Shown piece after piece: positions 1 to 9,235 of a stretch of DNA of 64,000 nt. The translations under genes and the position numbers were made by a program. The stretch's first letter is position 1, and every line of letters starts with the position of its first letter. Source of the stretch: Acidobacteriota bacterium. Lineage in GTDB: Bacteria > Acidobacteriota > UBA6911. The stretch lies in the NCBI GenBank assembly GCA_963664705.1, contig OY761556.1, positions 5,472,001-5,536,000 of the forward strand, given 5' to 3'. The notes under the pieces were generated by a model. That model was not told where the DNA came from, did not search any database, and worked only from the letters and a program-made list of their open reading frames with translations.

Positions 1-526
1 CCCTTGGCAAAATCGGCGCTCCCTGCGCCGAACCTGACTCGAAATCGAGTTGATGGGCAAACTCGTGAAAGACAACATTTCTCCCCTGGTGTGGATCCGC
101 CACATCTCTCTGTATATCCTTCCAGGACAGAACAATATTTCCAAAGGACCAGGATTCGCCGCTGCGTCCCTGCATCCCCTCCCGGATTGTTCCATCCGGC
201 TGTCTGGACGAATGAGGCGCCACGTAAGATCGGGGATAAACAAGAATGGTGCGCAATTTCGCGTACATGTCGCTTTGGCCGCCAAGCAGCAAAATACAGG
301 CATGTCCGGCAATGGTAACTCGGATCTCATCGGAAATCTCCTGACCGCCGCAGCCTTCAAATGCCTTTTCATCCAGAAATACCTGTATGAGCCCACGCAG
401 CCTGTCCCGATCCTCGGGAAGGAGGCAGTGGTCGTAAGGCATTCTCTGCCGCAGAATGGCTTCCCATTCCTCCGGAAAAGGATTCTCCATTAATCCCCGT
501 CGTCGCCGCGCTTTCAGTCCGAGCAT
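1..526 (-). CDS. Zinc metallopeptidase, M90/MtfA family (3' end runs off the window)
   Basis: Not in the ORF track. Manual minus-strand translation from ATG at 526 (GGGAGG SD upstream) gives MLGLKARRRRGLMENPFPEEW...FLDEKAFEGCGG...ILVYP...GESWSFGNIVLSW...NVVFHEFAHQLD, with an HExxH motif and MtfA-type motifs. Confidence 0.85.
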   Translation of the reverse strand, partial: MLGLKARRRRGLMENPFPEEWEAILRQRMPYDHCLLPEDRDRLRGLIQVFLDEKAFEGCGGQEISDEIRVTIAGHACILLLGGQSDMYAKLRTILVYPRSYVAPHSSRQPDGTIREGMQGRSGESWSFGNIVLSWKDIQRDVADPHQGRNVVFHEFAHQLDFESGSAQGAPILPR

Positions 527-752
527 TGAGACCTCCCACTGTTTGCCGGGTGCTTCAACGTCCCATTTCGCCGGCAAGAGTAAATCTGGTTCCACCCCAG
601 CCGTTGGAGCCGGGACAACGGCGCTCCCAGTGGACCTCCTGACGAAATATGCAATTTAAAATCATCTTTGGTGGAGATATTCCATACGACTGACCTTGAC
701 ATGACCATGGAAGTATAGAGAATATGTACCGTTTAAGAAAAGGAGCATATAG

Positions 753-1892
753 ATGGCTAAGACCCGGGCTGTTGATTGTACTTGTGCAGGACAATACATT
801 TTTACGTCGGAATCTGTTACGGAAGGACATCCGGACAAGGTTTGCGACTTTATTGCCGATTCGATTCTGGATTCGTATCTGCAACAGGATGCAAAAAGCC
901 GGGTTGCCTGTGAGGTTCTCTGCAAAGAAAACATCGTGGTCATCGCCGGCGAAATGACTTCCGGTGGACAGGTGGATCATGAAGCGGTTGCGCGCCAGGC
1001 AATTCGCGAAATCGGCTATGTCGATTCATCCGAGCCGTTCAACGCAGACGGCGTCACGGTCAAGCAGTTTGTCACCAAACAGTCTGCCGAAATTGCCCAG
1101 GGCGTCAATGTTGAGCAGAATGTTGAAAATGAACAGGGCGCCGGAGACCAGGGCATCATGTTCGGCTATGCCACGGATGAGACCGCTGAGCTTATGCCGT
1201 TGCCGATCCTGTTGGCACATCGCCTGGCTAAAGGTCTCGCGGATGATCGGCGCAATGGAACCGCGCCATGGCTCCGTCCTGATGGCAAGACCCAGGTCTC
1301 AGTTCAATACAATGATTACACGCCAGTTGCCGTCACCGACATTATCGTCTCCCCGCAGCATACTGCTTCCGTCCCGCGCGAAAAGATTATCGAATATGTC
1401 GTCGAATTGCTGGCTCCGCGCGTGCTCGGTGACTGGTTCACAAAAGAAATCCAGTTCCACGTGAACCCGACCGGCAGCTTCGTACTGGGCGGCCCGTCCG
1501 CAGATGCGGGCGTGACAGGCAGAAAAATTATCGTGGATACCTATGGCGGCGCCGGCCGGCATGGTGGCGGTGCATTCAGCGGCAAGGATCCTTCCAAGGT
1601 GGATCGCAGCGGTGCGTATTTCTGCAGATTTATCGCGCGTCAGCTCATCTCGAAAAAACTCGCCCGCCGTGCCGAAATTCAGATTTCCTATGCGATCGGA
1701 GAGGCTCGTCCGCTATCCGTTCGAGTGGATACCTTTGGGACCGGCGATGCGGATGCTGCAGCCGAATACGTCAAGAGCATGGATTTTCGTCCCGCCGCAA
1801 TCATCGATCAATTCAAGTTGCTGCGGCCGATCTATCGCATGACCACGAATTACGGCCATTTCGGCAAACCCGGCCTGCCCTGGGAAGAGTAG
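753..1892 (+). CDS. metK: S-adenosylmethionine synthetase
   Basis: FTSESVTEGHPDK, GAGDQGIMFGYA, GRKIIVDTYGG, GGGAFSGKDPSKVDRS, YGHFG. Confidence 0.97.
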   Translation: MAKTRAVDCTCAGQYIFTSESVTEGHPDKVCDFIADSILDSYLQQDAKSRVACEVLCKENIVVIAGEMTSGGQVDHEAVARQAIREIGYVDSSEPFNADGVTVKQFVTKQSAEIAQGVNVEQNVENEQGAGDQGIMFGYATDETAELMPLPILLAHRLAKGLADDRRNGTAPWLRPDGKTQVSVQYNDYTPVAVTDIIVSPQHTASVPREKIIEYVVELLAPRVLGDWFTKEIQFHVNPTGSFVLGGPSADAGVTGRKIIVDTYGGAGRHGGGAFSGKDPSKVDRSGAYFCRFIARQLISKKLARRAEIQISYAIGEARPLSVRVDTFGTGDADAAAEYVKSMDFRPAAIIDQFKLLRPIYRMTTNYGHFGKPGLPWEE

Positions 1893-1897
1893 ATAGG

Positions 1898-2064
1898 AAT
1901 TACGAAGTACGAATGACGAATGACGAATTGAAGCCGCGCCGCGGTGGCGGTTCAATTCGTCATTTGCATTTATGGCCCAGCTCATTTGGACAAATCGCTC
2001 TCTACTTTGTCTTTCAATTCGTCATTCGTCACTCGTCATTCGTCACTCGTCACTCGTAATTCGT
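1898..2064. repeat. Heptamer (ATGACGA/TCGTCAY) tandem arrays in inverted orientation; probable bidirectional terminator
   Basis: AATGACGAATTGAA (1919-1932) pairs with TTCAATTCGTCATT (1951-1964 and again from 2013). Lies between convergent metK and adh. Confidence 0.75.
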
Positions 2065-3063
2065 CAATAGAACGGCTGCTCCCTGAATCCTCCCTTCACG
2101 CAGACGAGACAACGCTTCGTTGGCACTTGTCAGAGGAAAAACCTCTACCTCGGTTCTGACCGGTACCTTTGGCGCCAGGGCAAGAAGCTCTTCGCCGTCA
2201 CGGCGCGATAGATTCGCAACGGAACGCAAAATCCGCTCTTCCCAGAGGATCTGATAGGGGAACTGGGGGATGTCACTCATATGAATCCCGCCGCAAACCA
2301 CAACGCCTCCTTTAACCGTGGCTCGAAGCGCTGCCGGAACAAGCGCTCCGACCGGTGCAAAAATCAACGCGGCATCCAGCGGTTCCGGCGGCATTTCCGT
2401 TGAATCGCCGGCCCAGACGGCTCCCAAACCCAGGGCAAATGTTTTTGCGTGGCTGTCTCCCGGGCGTGTAAAGGCAAACACTTGCCTTCCCTGGAACACC
2501 GCTACCTGGGCGACAATGTGTGCCGCTCCGCCAAATCCATAAATCCCGATGCGCTTCGCTTCTTCACCGGCCATGCGATAGGAGCGATAGCCGATCAGGC
2601 CCGCGCATAGCAGCGGCGCCGCTTCCGCATCGGTGTACGAATCGGGAATGGCGAAGCAGTACCGCGTATCGGCAACTGCATATTCGGCATATCCGCCATC
2701 GAGGGTGTAGCCGGTGAACTTGGGGCGATCGCACAAATTCTCTTTGTTGATCCGGCAATACTGGCATTCTCCACAGGTGTATCCCACCCATGGAATGCCA
2801 ATCCGGTCTCCCAGCCGGAAGCTGTGCACTCCGGGGCCCTGTTGTACAACCGTTCCGACGATCTCATGCCCGGGTATGATCGGAAGCTTCGCATCTGGCA
2901 GTTCGCCGTCGACCACATGCAAATCCGTCCGACATACACCGCATGCGATCACTTTGACAAGAACCTGCCCGGGGCCCGGTTTGGGCATGGGAACATCGGC
3001 GTAAACCAGGGCCTGCCCCGGAGTATGCAATACCATGGCCTTCATAGTTGCCGGCAATCGCAT
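2050..3063 (-). CDS. Zinc-dependent alcohol dehydrogenase family protein
   Basis: GVCRTDLH, GHEIVG, CGECQYC...C structural Zn cluster, APLLCAGLIGY, GIYGFG. Confidence 0.93.
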   Translation of the reverse strand: MRLPATMKAMVLHTPGQALVYADVPMPKPGPGQVLVKVIACGVCRTDLHVVDGELPDAKLPIIPGHEIVGTVVQQGPGVHSFRLGDRIGIPWVGYTCGECQYCRINKENLCDRPKFTGYTLDGGYAEYAVADTRYCFAIPDSYTDAEAAPLLCAGLIGYRSYRMAGEEAKRIGIYGFGGAAHIVAQVAVFQGRQVFAFTRPGDSHAKTFALGLGAVWAGDSTEMPPEPLDAALIFAPVGALVPAALRATVKGGVVVCGGIHMSDIPQFPYQILWEERILRSVANLSRRDGEELLALAPKVPVRTEVEVFPLTSANEALSRLREGRIQGAAVLLTNYE

Positions 3064-3173
3064 GATTCACCTCGATGTTGATGATACAATGGAGACACGT
3101 TTTGGGGGGAGGCGGGAAGCATCGGCGCTTCCCCGCACATGCAGCATTTTAAAACAGGAGAGGAGACAGGAAA

Positions 3174-3704
3174 ATGATCTATTATGGAGCCAAAGAGCTT
3201 GCAGCGAGTGCCCGCGTTGTTCGAGGCAATACAATTCTAATTGCCCAGGATATTTCGGAAGACAATTACCAGTTCAAACCTGTGCCGGACTATCGCAGCG
3301 TGGCTCAGATGCTCGCGCATATCGCCCTGTCTTATCGTTTTCAATACCAGGTTCACGCGATCGAGAAAAGAAACACGCTGGAAGGATTTGATTTTCCTGC
3401 CCTGATGAAGGTACTCCTCGAAGAGGAAAACATAACCCGGACAAAATCCCAGGCCATTGATCTGCTGCAAAAAGAAGGAGAAAAGTGGGCCGGCTGGGTG
3501 GAGGGCTTGTCCGATGCATTCCTTGCGGAACCGGTGCAGATGCCCGCAGGCTCCATGCCCTCGCAGAAAAGCCGCCTGGAAATGGTGCTTTCAGTGAAAG
3601 AGCACGAAATGCATCACCGCGGGCAACTTATGCTGATTCAGCGCTTGATGGGTGTTGTGCCGCATCTGACGCGCGAACGCCTGGCGCGCATGGCGCAAAG
3701 GTAG
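3174..3704 (+). CDS. DinB/YfiT-like protein
   Basis: RSVAQMLAHIA and C-terminal HEMHHRGQL motifs; AGGAG SD upstream. Confidence 0.88.
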   Translation: MIYYGAKELAASARVVRGNTILIAQDISEDNYQFKPVPDYRSVAQMLAHIALSYRFQYQVHAIEKRNTLEGFDFPALMKVLLEEENITRTKSQAIDLLQKEGEKWAGWVEGLSDAFLAEPVQMPAGSMPSQKSRLEMVLSVKEHEMHHRGQLMLIQRLMGVVPHLTRERLARMAQR

Positions 3705-3735
3705 CCGTTGCATCGGAGGCAGTGATAGTGGATGC

Positions 3736-5616
3736 CTATTTGACCAGGCTCATCTCTTTGTCGACGACAGGCTGCAATGCAGGATTAATGAGCTTTGCCT
3801 TGCGGTAGGCGTCGGCAGACTGGGCGCTCAGGCCCTTGGCCGCATAGCCACGAGCCAGGTTCAGATAGGCATCCGCATATTTGGGAAAGATCTCGATCGC
3901 CTTGCGGGCGTGCTCAATCGCCTGGTCGATTTCATTACTGCGCAGCAGGATGTACGCCATATTGTTGTGAGCGACTTCGGTTTGGGGATTGATGGCAATA
4001 GCCCTCTCGCAGGCTGTTCGGGCGGCTGCGTAGTCTCCCTTCATTATCAGGATGCCGGCCAGATTCTGTAAGACGGAATCGGAATCGGGATCAATCTGTT
4101 CAGCCTTTTTCAGGAAGGTCAATGCCTCCTGAAGATTCCCTTTGTAAACAGAAATTGAAGAGAGCCGCACATAGAGTTCGACAAGCCGCTGCGGCGGTTT
4201 GATGTAGGATCGGTTCCAGCTTTCCTCGGCGCGGAGGGACCAGAACTCCGCTTCTTTCATCTGGCCTGCCTGGAAGTAGTTATCCGAGAGGTTGTTTGCA
4301 ATAATCACGGAGTCTGGGGAACGCTTTATAGTTTCCGTATATAAAATCCTGTTGTTACGCCACATGCCTGCAGTGCCGTAAAGCAGAAATGCGAAAATAA
4401 CACACACCGCCGCTGAAAAGCCGAGAACAATTCTCTCTTCCGAAATGCCGGAGATCGATGGCTTCCTCTTCACGACCTTTTGAACCAATAGCGGGATCAA
4501 AAGACAGGAAGCAAAGGAAGGAATATAGAGGTAACGGTCCGCAAAAACATTTTCGCCAATGCCTGAGATGTTCAAGACTGGGATCAGCGAGATAAAGATA
4601 AAGCCGAAAAGAAACAATACCTTTCTATCATTGCGCAAAAGCCATGCTGCCCCAGCATATACCAGAATCATCAGAATGGCTGAGATGCTGCGCAAGTCTC
4701 CGATAGATGTCGTCGGATGAAAGACGTGAAAAGCATTGATGTTGAAAGGGACGAACGCCTTGGCGATGTATTCTCCCAGCAGGACTATCGAGCTCAGGAC
4801 GCGGCTTCCAAAATCAAGATCGATCGGTACCTGATCGTTTTGAAAGTGGGATAAGGCGTGAATGCGGAACCCCGCATAGATTCCAAAAGAGGCCACCAGT
4901 GCCGCATATCGATTCCAGTGCAGCTTCCTGCCAAGACAAACGTCCAGCCACAGGACGACCAGTGGAAGCATAAAGGCCATTTCTTTTGAGAAAAGTGCGC
5001 CCAGAAAAAGCAGGGCACCCATCACCACCGTTTTCCATGTCGTTGAATGGTCCGAATCAAAATAAATAGAGAGAGCCCCGAAGTAAAAGACGGCACACAA
5101 CGGGTCGGTGATTCCTGCAATCCAGGCGATAGATTCTGCGTGCACGGGGTGCAACGCAAAAAGGAATCCTCCGGCCGCGCTCGCCGTTCTATTTCGTGTC
5201 AACCGATATCCCAGGAGCGCCACCAACAGGGTGCTGAGGCAATGAAGCAGGACGTTGATGAGATGGTAGCCCTGGGGCTTTAGGCCGGAGATTGCGTAGC
5301 CGACCGCGTGCGCGAGCATATGCAGAGGGCGGTAATAATTTCCCGGCTGATTCCCATTCCGGTAGCTCCACACATCTACAAAGAAAAATTTGCCGACCTG
5401 GGACCAGTCGCGTATCCAGGGGTTTCTCAAAACCTGTATGTCATCGTCGTATACAAAATCAAAGGCAAGGGTCTGTGCGAAGGAGAAGAATGCAACCAGG
5501 CACAAAGTGCACAGTATCCACCAGGGGAAAGCTCTGAAAGCAGATTCCCGGATAACTGAACTGTGAACGGAATCATGGACGGCGCTTTGTTTCTTTCTGC
5601 TGCTTGCCTTTCCCAA
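3736..5616 (-). CDS. TMTC-like GT-C membrane glycosyltransferase with C-terminal TPRs
   Basis: DFVYDD, YYRP, FALHPVHAESIAWI, LFSKE and ADRYLYIPS in a polytopic membrane N-terminus, followed by TPR repeats; TTG start. Confidence 0.8.
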   Translation of the reverse strand: MGKASSRKKQSAVHDSVHSSVIRESAFRAFPWWILCTLCLVAFFSFAQTLAFDFVYDDDIQVLRNPWIRDWSQVGKFFFVDVWSYRNGNQPGNYYRPLHMLAHAVGYAISGLKPQGYHLINVLLHCLSTLLVALLGYRLTRNRTASAAGGFLFALHPVHAESIAWIAGITDPLCAVFYFGALSIYFDSDHSTTWKTVVMGALLFLGALFSKEMAFMLPLVVLWLDVCLGRKLHWNRYAALVASFGIYAGFRIHALSHFQNDQVPIDLDFGSRVLSSIVLLGEYIAKAFVPFNINAFHVFHPTTSIGDLRSISAILMILVYAGAAWLLRNDRKVLFLFGFIFISLIPVLNISGIGENVFADRYLYIPSFASCLLIPLLVQKVVKRKPSISGISEERIVLGFSAAVCVIFAFLLYGTAGMWRNNRILYTETIKRSPDSVIIANNLSDNYFQAGQMKEAEFWSLRAEESWNRSYIKPPQRLVELYVRLSSISVYKGNLQEALTFLKKAEQIDPDSDSVLQNLAGILIMKGDYAAARTACERAIAINPQTEVAHNNMAYILLRSNEIDQAIEHARKAIEIFPKYADAYLNLARGYAAKGLSAQSADAYRKAKLINPALQPVVDKEMSLVK

Positions 5617-5761
5617 TGCTGTGTCTCCTCACAAAGCGAGTCATTCTATAATTGTTGGTTGGGTGGATGAAGCAAAATTGTGCGCGCTCTCTGTCGACCT
5701 GGAGCGAGCCCGTTGCGATGGGAGGTGAGTCTACTGACCGTTGCTTTCCTTTGCTTTCAGG

Positions 5762-6577
5762 CTATTCTTCCAGCTTTCTGTTCTTGGCTTCAGGAGTCTT
5801 TACCGCATTTTGAAGGCTGCGCAGCAGTTCTTCTATCTGGGCGATCTCGTCCTCTGCCGCAAGCTCTCTGGCCCGATGGAGGGCGGCAATGGCGAGTATG
5901 AGGTCTCCATTGATTGCGTGGATAAGGCCTAGATTGAAATGGACGCTGGCGGAACTGGGCTCAATGACGGCGGAAATATCGTAATGAAGACGAGCCAGCC
6001 GGAACTCCCCTGCTTCGAAATAGAGATGTGCCAGGTTGAAATGTGCCTCAAAATGGCGAGGGTCATGGCGTAGAGCCTTGGTAAATTGATCGAAGGCTCC
6101 CGTTGTATTGTTTGCTTCATAATCGAGAATTCCCAGGTTGCAGTATGCATCGGAAATGCACTCGCCGCCTTGTATGGCCTTTGTATACATGTCTACTGCC
6201 CGTCGATCCCCCTGCTCGTGCAGGATCAGCGCCTCTTCAAATGGGCTGAGGCGGATGGGAAGCTGCAGGAGCCGGCCTCCCTTTTCCGGGAAGAGGTTCA
6301 GCTGCCCATTCAATTCCGCTTCAATCTGGCGCGTGGACATTCCCTGGTTGCGAAGCTCACGGGCGCGGCGGAACTGAGTTAAGGCGTGGAAATCATATCG
6401 AAGTTCGCCCTCCGGGCTCGCGGCGCAGGATTGAATGATGCCCTCGCGCGTCCATTTACGGATCGAGTGTTCGCTCAATCCGAATTGACGGCTTATTTCA
6501 CGGACGGTGTAGGTCGCCTGAACTCTCTGAAGCCCCTGGGATTGAGCTGCTTTCGGAAACTCAAGGACGACGCTCAT
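5762..6577 (-). CDS. MerR-type HTH plus TPR repeat protein
   Basis: YTVREISRQFGLSEHSIRKW...LRYDFHAL (MerR-like HTH); AYCNLG, AHFNLA, VHFNLG (TPRs). Confidence 0.8.
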   Translation of the reverse strand: MSVVLEFPKAAQSQGLQRVQATYTVREISRQFGLSEHSIRKWTREGIIQSCAASPEGELRYDFHALTQFRRARELRNQGMSTRQIEAELNGQLNLFPEKGGRLLQLPIRLSPFEEALILHEQGDRRAVDMYTKAIQGGECISDAYCNLGILDYEANNTTGAFDQFTKALRHDPRHFEAHFNLAHLYFEAGEFRLARLHYDISAVIEPSSASVHFNLGLIHAINGDLILAIAALHRARELAAEDEIAQIEELLRSLQNAVKTPEAKNRKLEE

Positions 6578-6692
6578 AGTGGTTCAAGATTCCTCTGACA
6601 TGCGGAATTCCGATCTCACGAATCGCTGGCTGCCATTCTTCTGCTGTGATTCAGGCTACCGACTCCTCTTTATAACACAGCGGCAGTTTTCC

Positions 6693-7538
6693 TCAAGCGC
6701 GTTTTCTTCCTTTTGAGGCTTTCGCTTCTGCCGGCTCTTTGCCCGTTGCTTTGATCATCCGGTGCCGTTGAGTTTTTGCCTGCTCAATGCTTTGTTTCAG
6801 CGCCTTCATAATATCGACAATGGGCTGTGGCTCTTCCCCGACGGTAATGACTTCCTTCCCGCGAATTTTTGCGTCAATAATCTCCCGAAGCGCATCGTCG
6901 TACCGGTCGCGCAGCTCAATCTCCACAAGGGGTTTGGTCATGGTATCCAGGAGATTGCGCGCAAGCTTCAATTGCTCGGTGTCGACCGATTGAGTCTTCA
7001 TCTCGGGAACATCTCTCATCGATCGGATTTCGCCGGGATATCTCAGTTTATAGAGCACCAGCCCGCCATCGTGTGGAGAGATGGAGACCATGTCCTCGCG
7101 ATCGCGGAGCACAACTCTTCCCACGCCGACTTTACCGCTGTCCCGAAGCGCTTCATAAAAGAGAGAGTAGGTGTTTGCTGCCACAGCCCCGTCCGGACCG
7201 ACGAAATACGGGGATTCGTATAACATCGGGTCCATGTCGGCCGCGCTGATGAATCCCTCAATGTCGACAATCTTCGTGCTTTCGAGACGCACTTTTGCAA
7301 AATCCTCCGGCTCGATGATCACGTATTGTTCCGGTTCGTACTGGAATCCTTTGACAATATCCTGAGTCGAGAGCACCTGGTTGCATTTCTTGCAGCGTTT
7401 GTCATAGCCGACCGGTCCATTGCATGACCGGTGTACCTGGTTGAATTTGATGCTCTCCGCCGGATCGATTGCGCTGTACAGGCGGACGGGTATGGTAACA
7501 AGCGAAAAACGAATGTGACCTTTCCAGATAGATCGCAT
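6693..7538 (-). CDS. ku: Non-homologous end-joining protein Ku
   Basis: MRSIWKGHIRFSLVTIPVRLYSA, IVKGFQY, DRYDDALREIIDAK, DIMKALKQSI. Start moved from 7571 to ATG 7538 because of the GAGGTG SD. Confidence 0.93.
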   Translation of the reverse strand: MRSIWKGHIRFSLVTIPVRLYSAIDPAESIKFNQVHRSCNGPVGYDKRCKKCNQVLSTQDIVKGFQYEPEQYVIIEPEDFAKVRLESTKIVDIEGFISAADMDPMLYESPYFVGPDGAVAANTYSLFYEALRDSGKVGVGRVVLRDREDMVSISPHDGGLVLYKLRYPGEIRSMRDVPEMKTQSVDTEQLKLARNLLDTMTKPLVEIELRDRYDDALREIIDAKIRGKEVITVGEEPQPIVDIMKALKQSIEQAKTQRHRMIKATGKEPAEAKASKGRKRA

Positions 7539-7575
7539 GATCGGCACCTCTCTACTAAAACAGTACCACATGGGC

Positions 7576-7626
7576 CTTTGAGTCTTCGAGTCTTCGAGGT
7601 AAACTCAAAATCTCGAAGACTCAAAG
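7576..7626. repeat. REP-like palindrome built on a 9-mer (TCTTCGAGT/G) unit
   Basis: CTTTGAGTCTTCGAG (7576-7590) and CTCGAAGACTCAAAG (7612-7626) form a perfect 15-bp inverted repeat. Confidence 0.75.
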
Positions 7627-7627
7627 T

Positions 7628-8698
7628 ATGCCCGAATATTTCCGAACGGAAAAAACTGACTACATACTCGCCAAAGCGCTGGCAGGTGACCGGCTTTCGG
7701 CGCAGGAAGCCCTGGATCTCTATCATGAGGCCGACTTCCTCAAAGTGATTGCCGCCGCGCGCGAAATGCGCAATCGCAAACAGGACCCCGCTGTTGTGAC
7801 CTATACGATGTTTCGGATCGTGAATTACACGACGATCTGCAACGTGAATTGTCTGTTCTGCAGCTATCATCAGCCTCCGGGATCTCCAGCAGGCGTGGTT
7901 TTGTCCATTGAAGCCGTCGGCGAGAAAATGCAGGAAGCCGTTGCGCTTGGCGCCAACCAGCTTTTCCTTCAAGGCGGAGTCAATCCGGACATCCCGTTTG
8001 ATTATTATGTGCAGGTCATTGGCAGCATCAAAAAGAGGTTTGGCCAGGATATCCATATCCGCGCCTTTTCCCCGGTTGAGCTCCTCTTCATGGAACGATC
8101 CACGGGCATGCCGCTGCGCGAGGTCATCCGTCGGCTGAAAGCGGCCGGCATGGATTCTGTACCGGGGGCTGGCGCGGAAATACTCAGCGATAGAATGCGG
8201 TCCCTCCTCTCTCCGAACAAAGGCTCGGTCGCGGATTGGGTACGGGCTATGCGCACCTGCCACGAGGAAGGTTTGCCCGGCAGCGCGAATATTGTGATCG
8301 GATCGTGTGAAACTCGTGAGGAAATCATCGAACACCTTCGCATTGTCCGGGAGCTTCAGGATCAAACCCGGGGCTTTCTTGCATTCATCCCGTGGACCTT
8401 TCAAAGACAGACAAACCGATTTCAGATTCGTAATGTCCCGGCGCCCGAATACTTGAAGCTTCTTGGAATATGCCGGCTATTTCTCGACAATATCGCTCAT
8501 ATCGAGGCGTCTATCCTGGTATTGGGTCGTGGCACGGGGGCGATTGCGCTTCAGGCCGGGGCTGACGATATCTCCTCGGTGGTGATTGAAGAAAACGTTC
8601 TGACGAGCCATGGACTGAATACGGAGGAACAGGCGCGGGAGTTTATTCGGGAAAGTGGTTTTACTCCGATGAAACGGGATCTTCTCTACCGAATCTGA
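7628..8698 (+). CDS. mqnC: Radical SAM CofH/MqnC family; probable cyclic dehypoxanthine futalosine synthase
   Basis: [16 protein letters not shown] (CxxxCxxC), [31 protein letters not shown]. Confidence 0.75.
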   Translation: MPEYFRTEKTDYILAKALAGDRLSAQEALDLYHEADFLKVIAAAREMRNRKQDPAVVTYTMFRIVNYTTICNVNCLFCSYHQPPGSPAGVVLSIEAVGEKMQEAVALGANQLFLQGGVNPDIPFDYYVQVIGSIKKRFGQDIHIRAFSPVELLFMERSTGMPLREVIRRLKAAGMDSVPGAGAEILSDRMRSLLSPNKGSVADWVRAMRTCHEEGLPGSANIVIGSCETREEIIEHLRIVRELQDQTRGFLAFIPWTFQRQTNRFQIRNVPAPEYLKLLGICRLFLDNIAHIEASILVLGRGTGAIALQAGADDISSVVIEENVLTSHGLNTEEQAREFIRESGFTPMKRDLLYRI

Positions 8699-8701
8699 CC
8701 G

Positions 8702-9214
8702 CTATTTGTCCGTGAGTTCTTTGGCAAGCCGGTAGAAGCGGATGGCGTTATCGACATCGCCCAGTTCTTTGCAGAGGGCCGCTTTAAAGGTGTAGATATC
8801 TGCTTTGTTGGCGTTGGAAAACGGTATTGGGGCGGCCAGGCTGGAATCCATTATCCTCTGGGCAAGAATGAATTGCTTTGCCTCGAAAAGCTTATAACCG
8901 ATCGTCAGCAGGCTTTGGGCAATGGGTCCTTCGAATTTGGCACCCAGTCTGAGATCGAGCACCTTTTTCCACTCCGGCTCAACCTGGTCATAAGTTTTGT
9001 TTTCGATGAGAAGCAGGATGAGTTCATGCTGAACGGCGGCTGTCTTGAGTTTTCTTTGAACGTCGGCGCCTGTTTCATCAGGGACAGCGTTGAGCGGCTG
9101 AACAGCGACGGCAATATTGGTCTGGATGAACCCGACTGATGAGATAAAAAGGAAGAAGAACAACAGCGCTCTATAGTTTTTCTTCACAATTATCTTTTTG
9201 ATATGAGTAAACAT
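8702..9214 (-). CDS. Exported helical/TPR-like hypothetical protein
   Basis: N-terminal hydrophobic segment; C-terminal TPR-like KAALCKELGDVDNAIRFYRLA; third gene of the ECF cluster. Confidence 0.6.
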   Translation of the reverse strand: MFTHIKKIIVKKNYRALLFFFLFISSVGFIQTNIAVAVQPLNAVPDETGADVQRKLKTAAVQHELILLLIENKTYDQVEPEWKKVLDLRLGAKFEGPIAQSLLTIGYKLFEAKQFILAQRIMDSSLAAPIPFSNANKADIYTFKAALCKELGDVDNAIRFYRLAKELTDK

Positions 9215-9235
9215 GTTGTTCTCCCGCTACTGCGC

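Noticed and set aside
50-493. Plus-strand 147-aa and 104-aa ORFs
   Set aside because: Antisense shadows of the M90 peptidase gene
530-750. Possible SAM riboswitch upstream of metK
   Set aside because: No recognisable SAM-I core or SAM-II pattern by eye; an Rfam scan would settle it
7319-8404. 361-aa minus-strand ORF
   Set aside because: Antisense to mqnC and overlaps ku out of frame; no motifs
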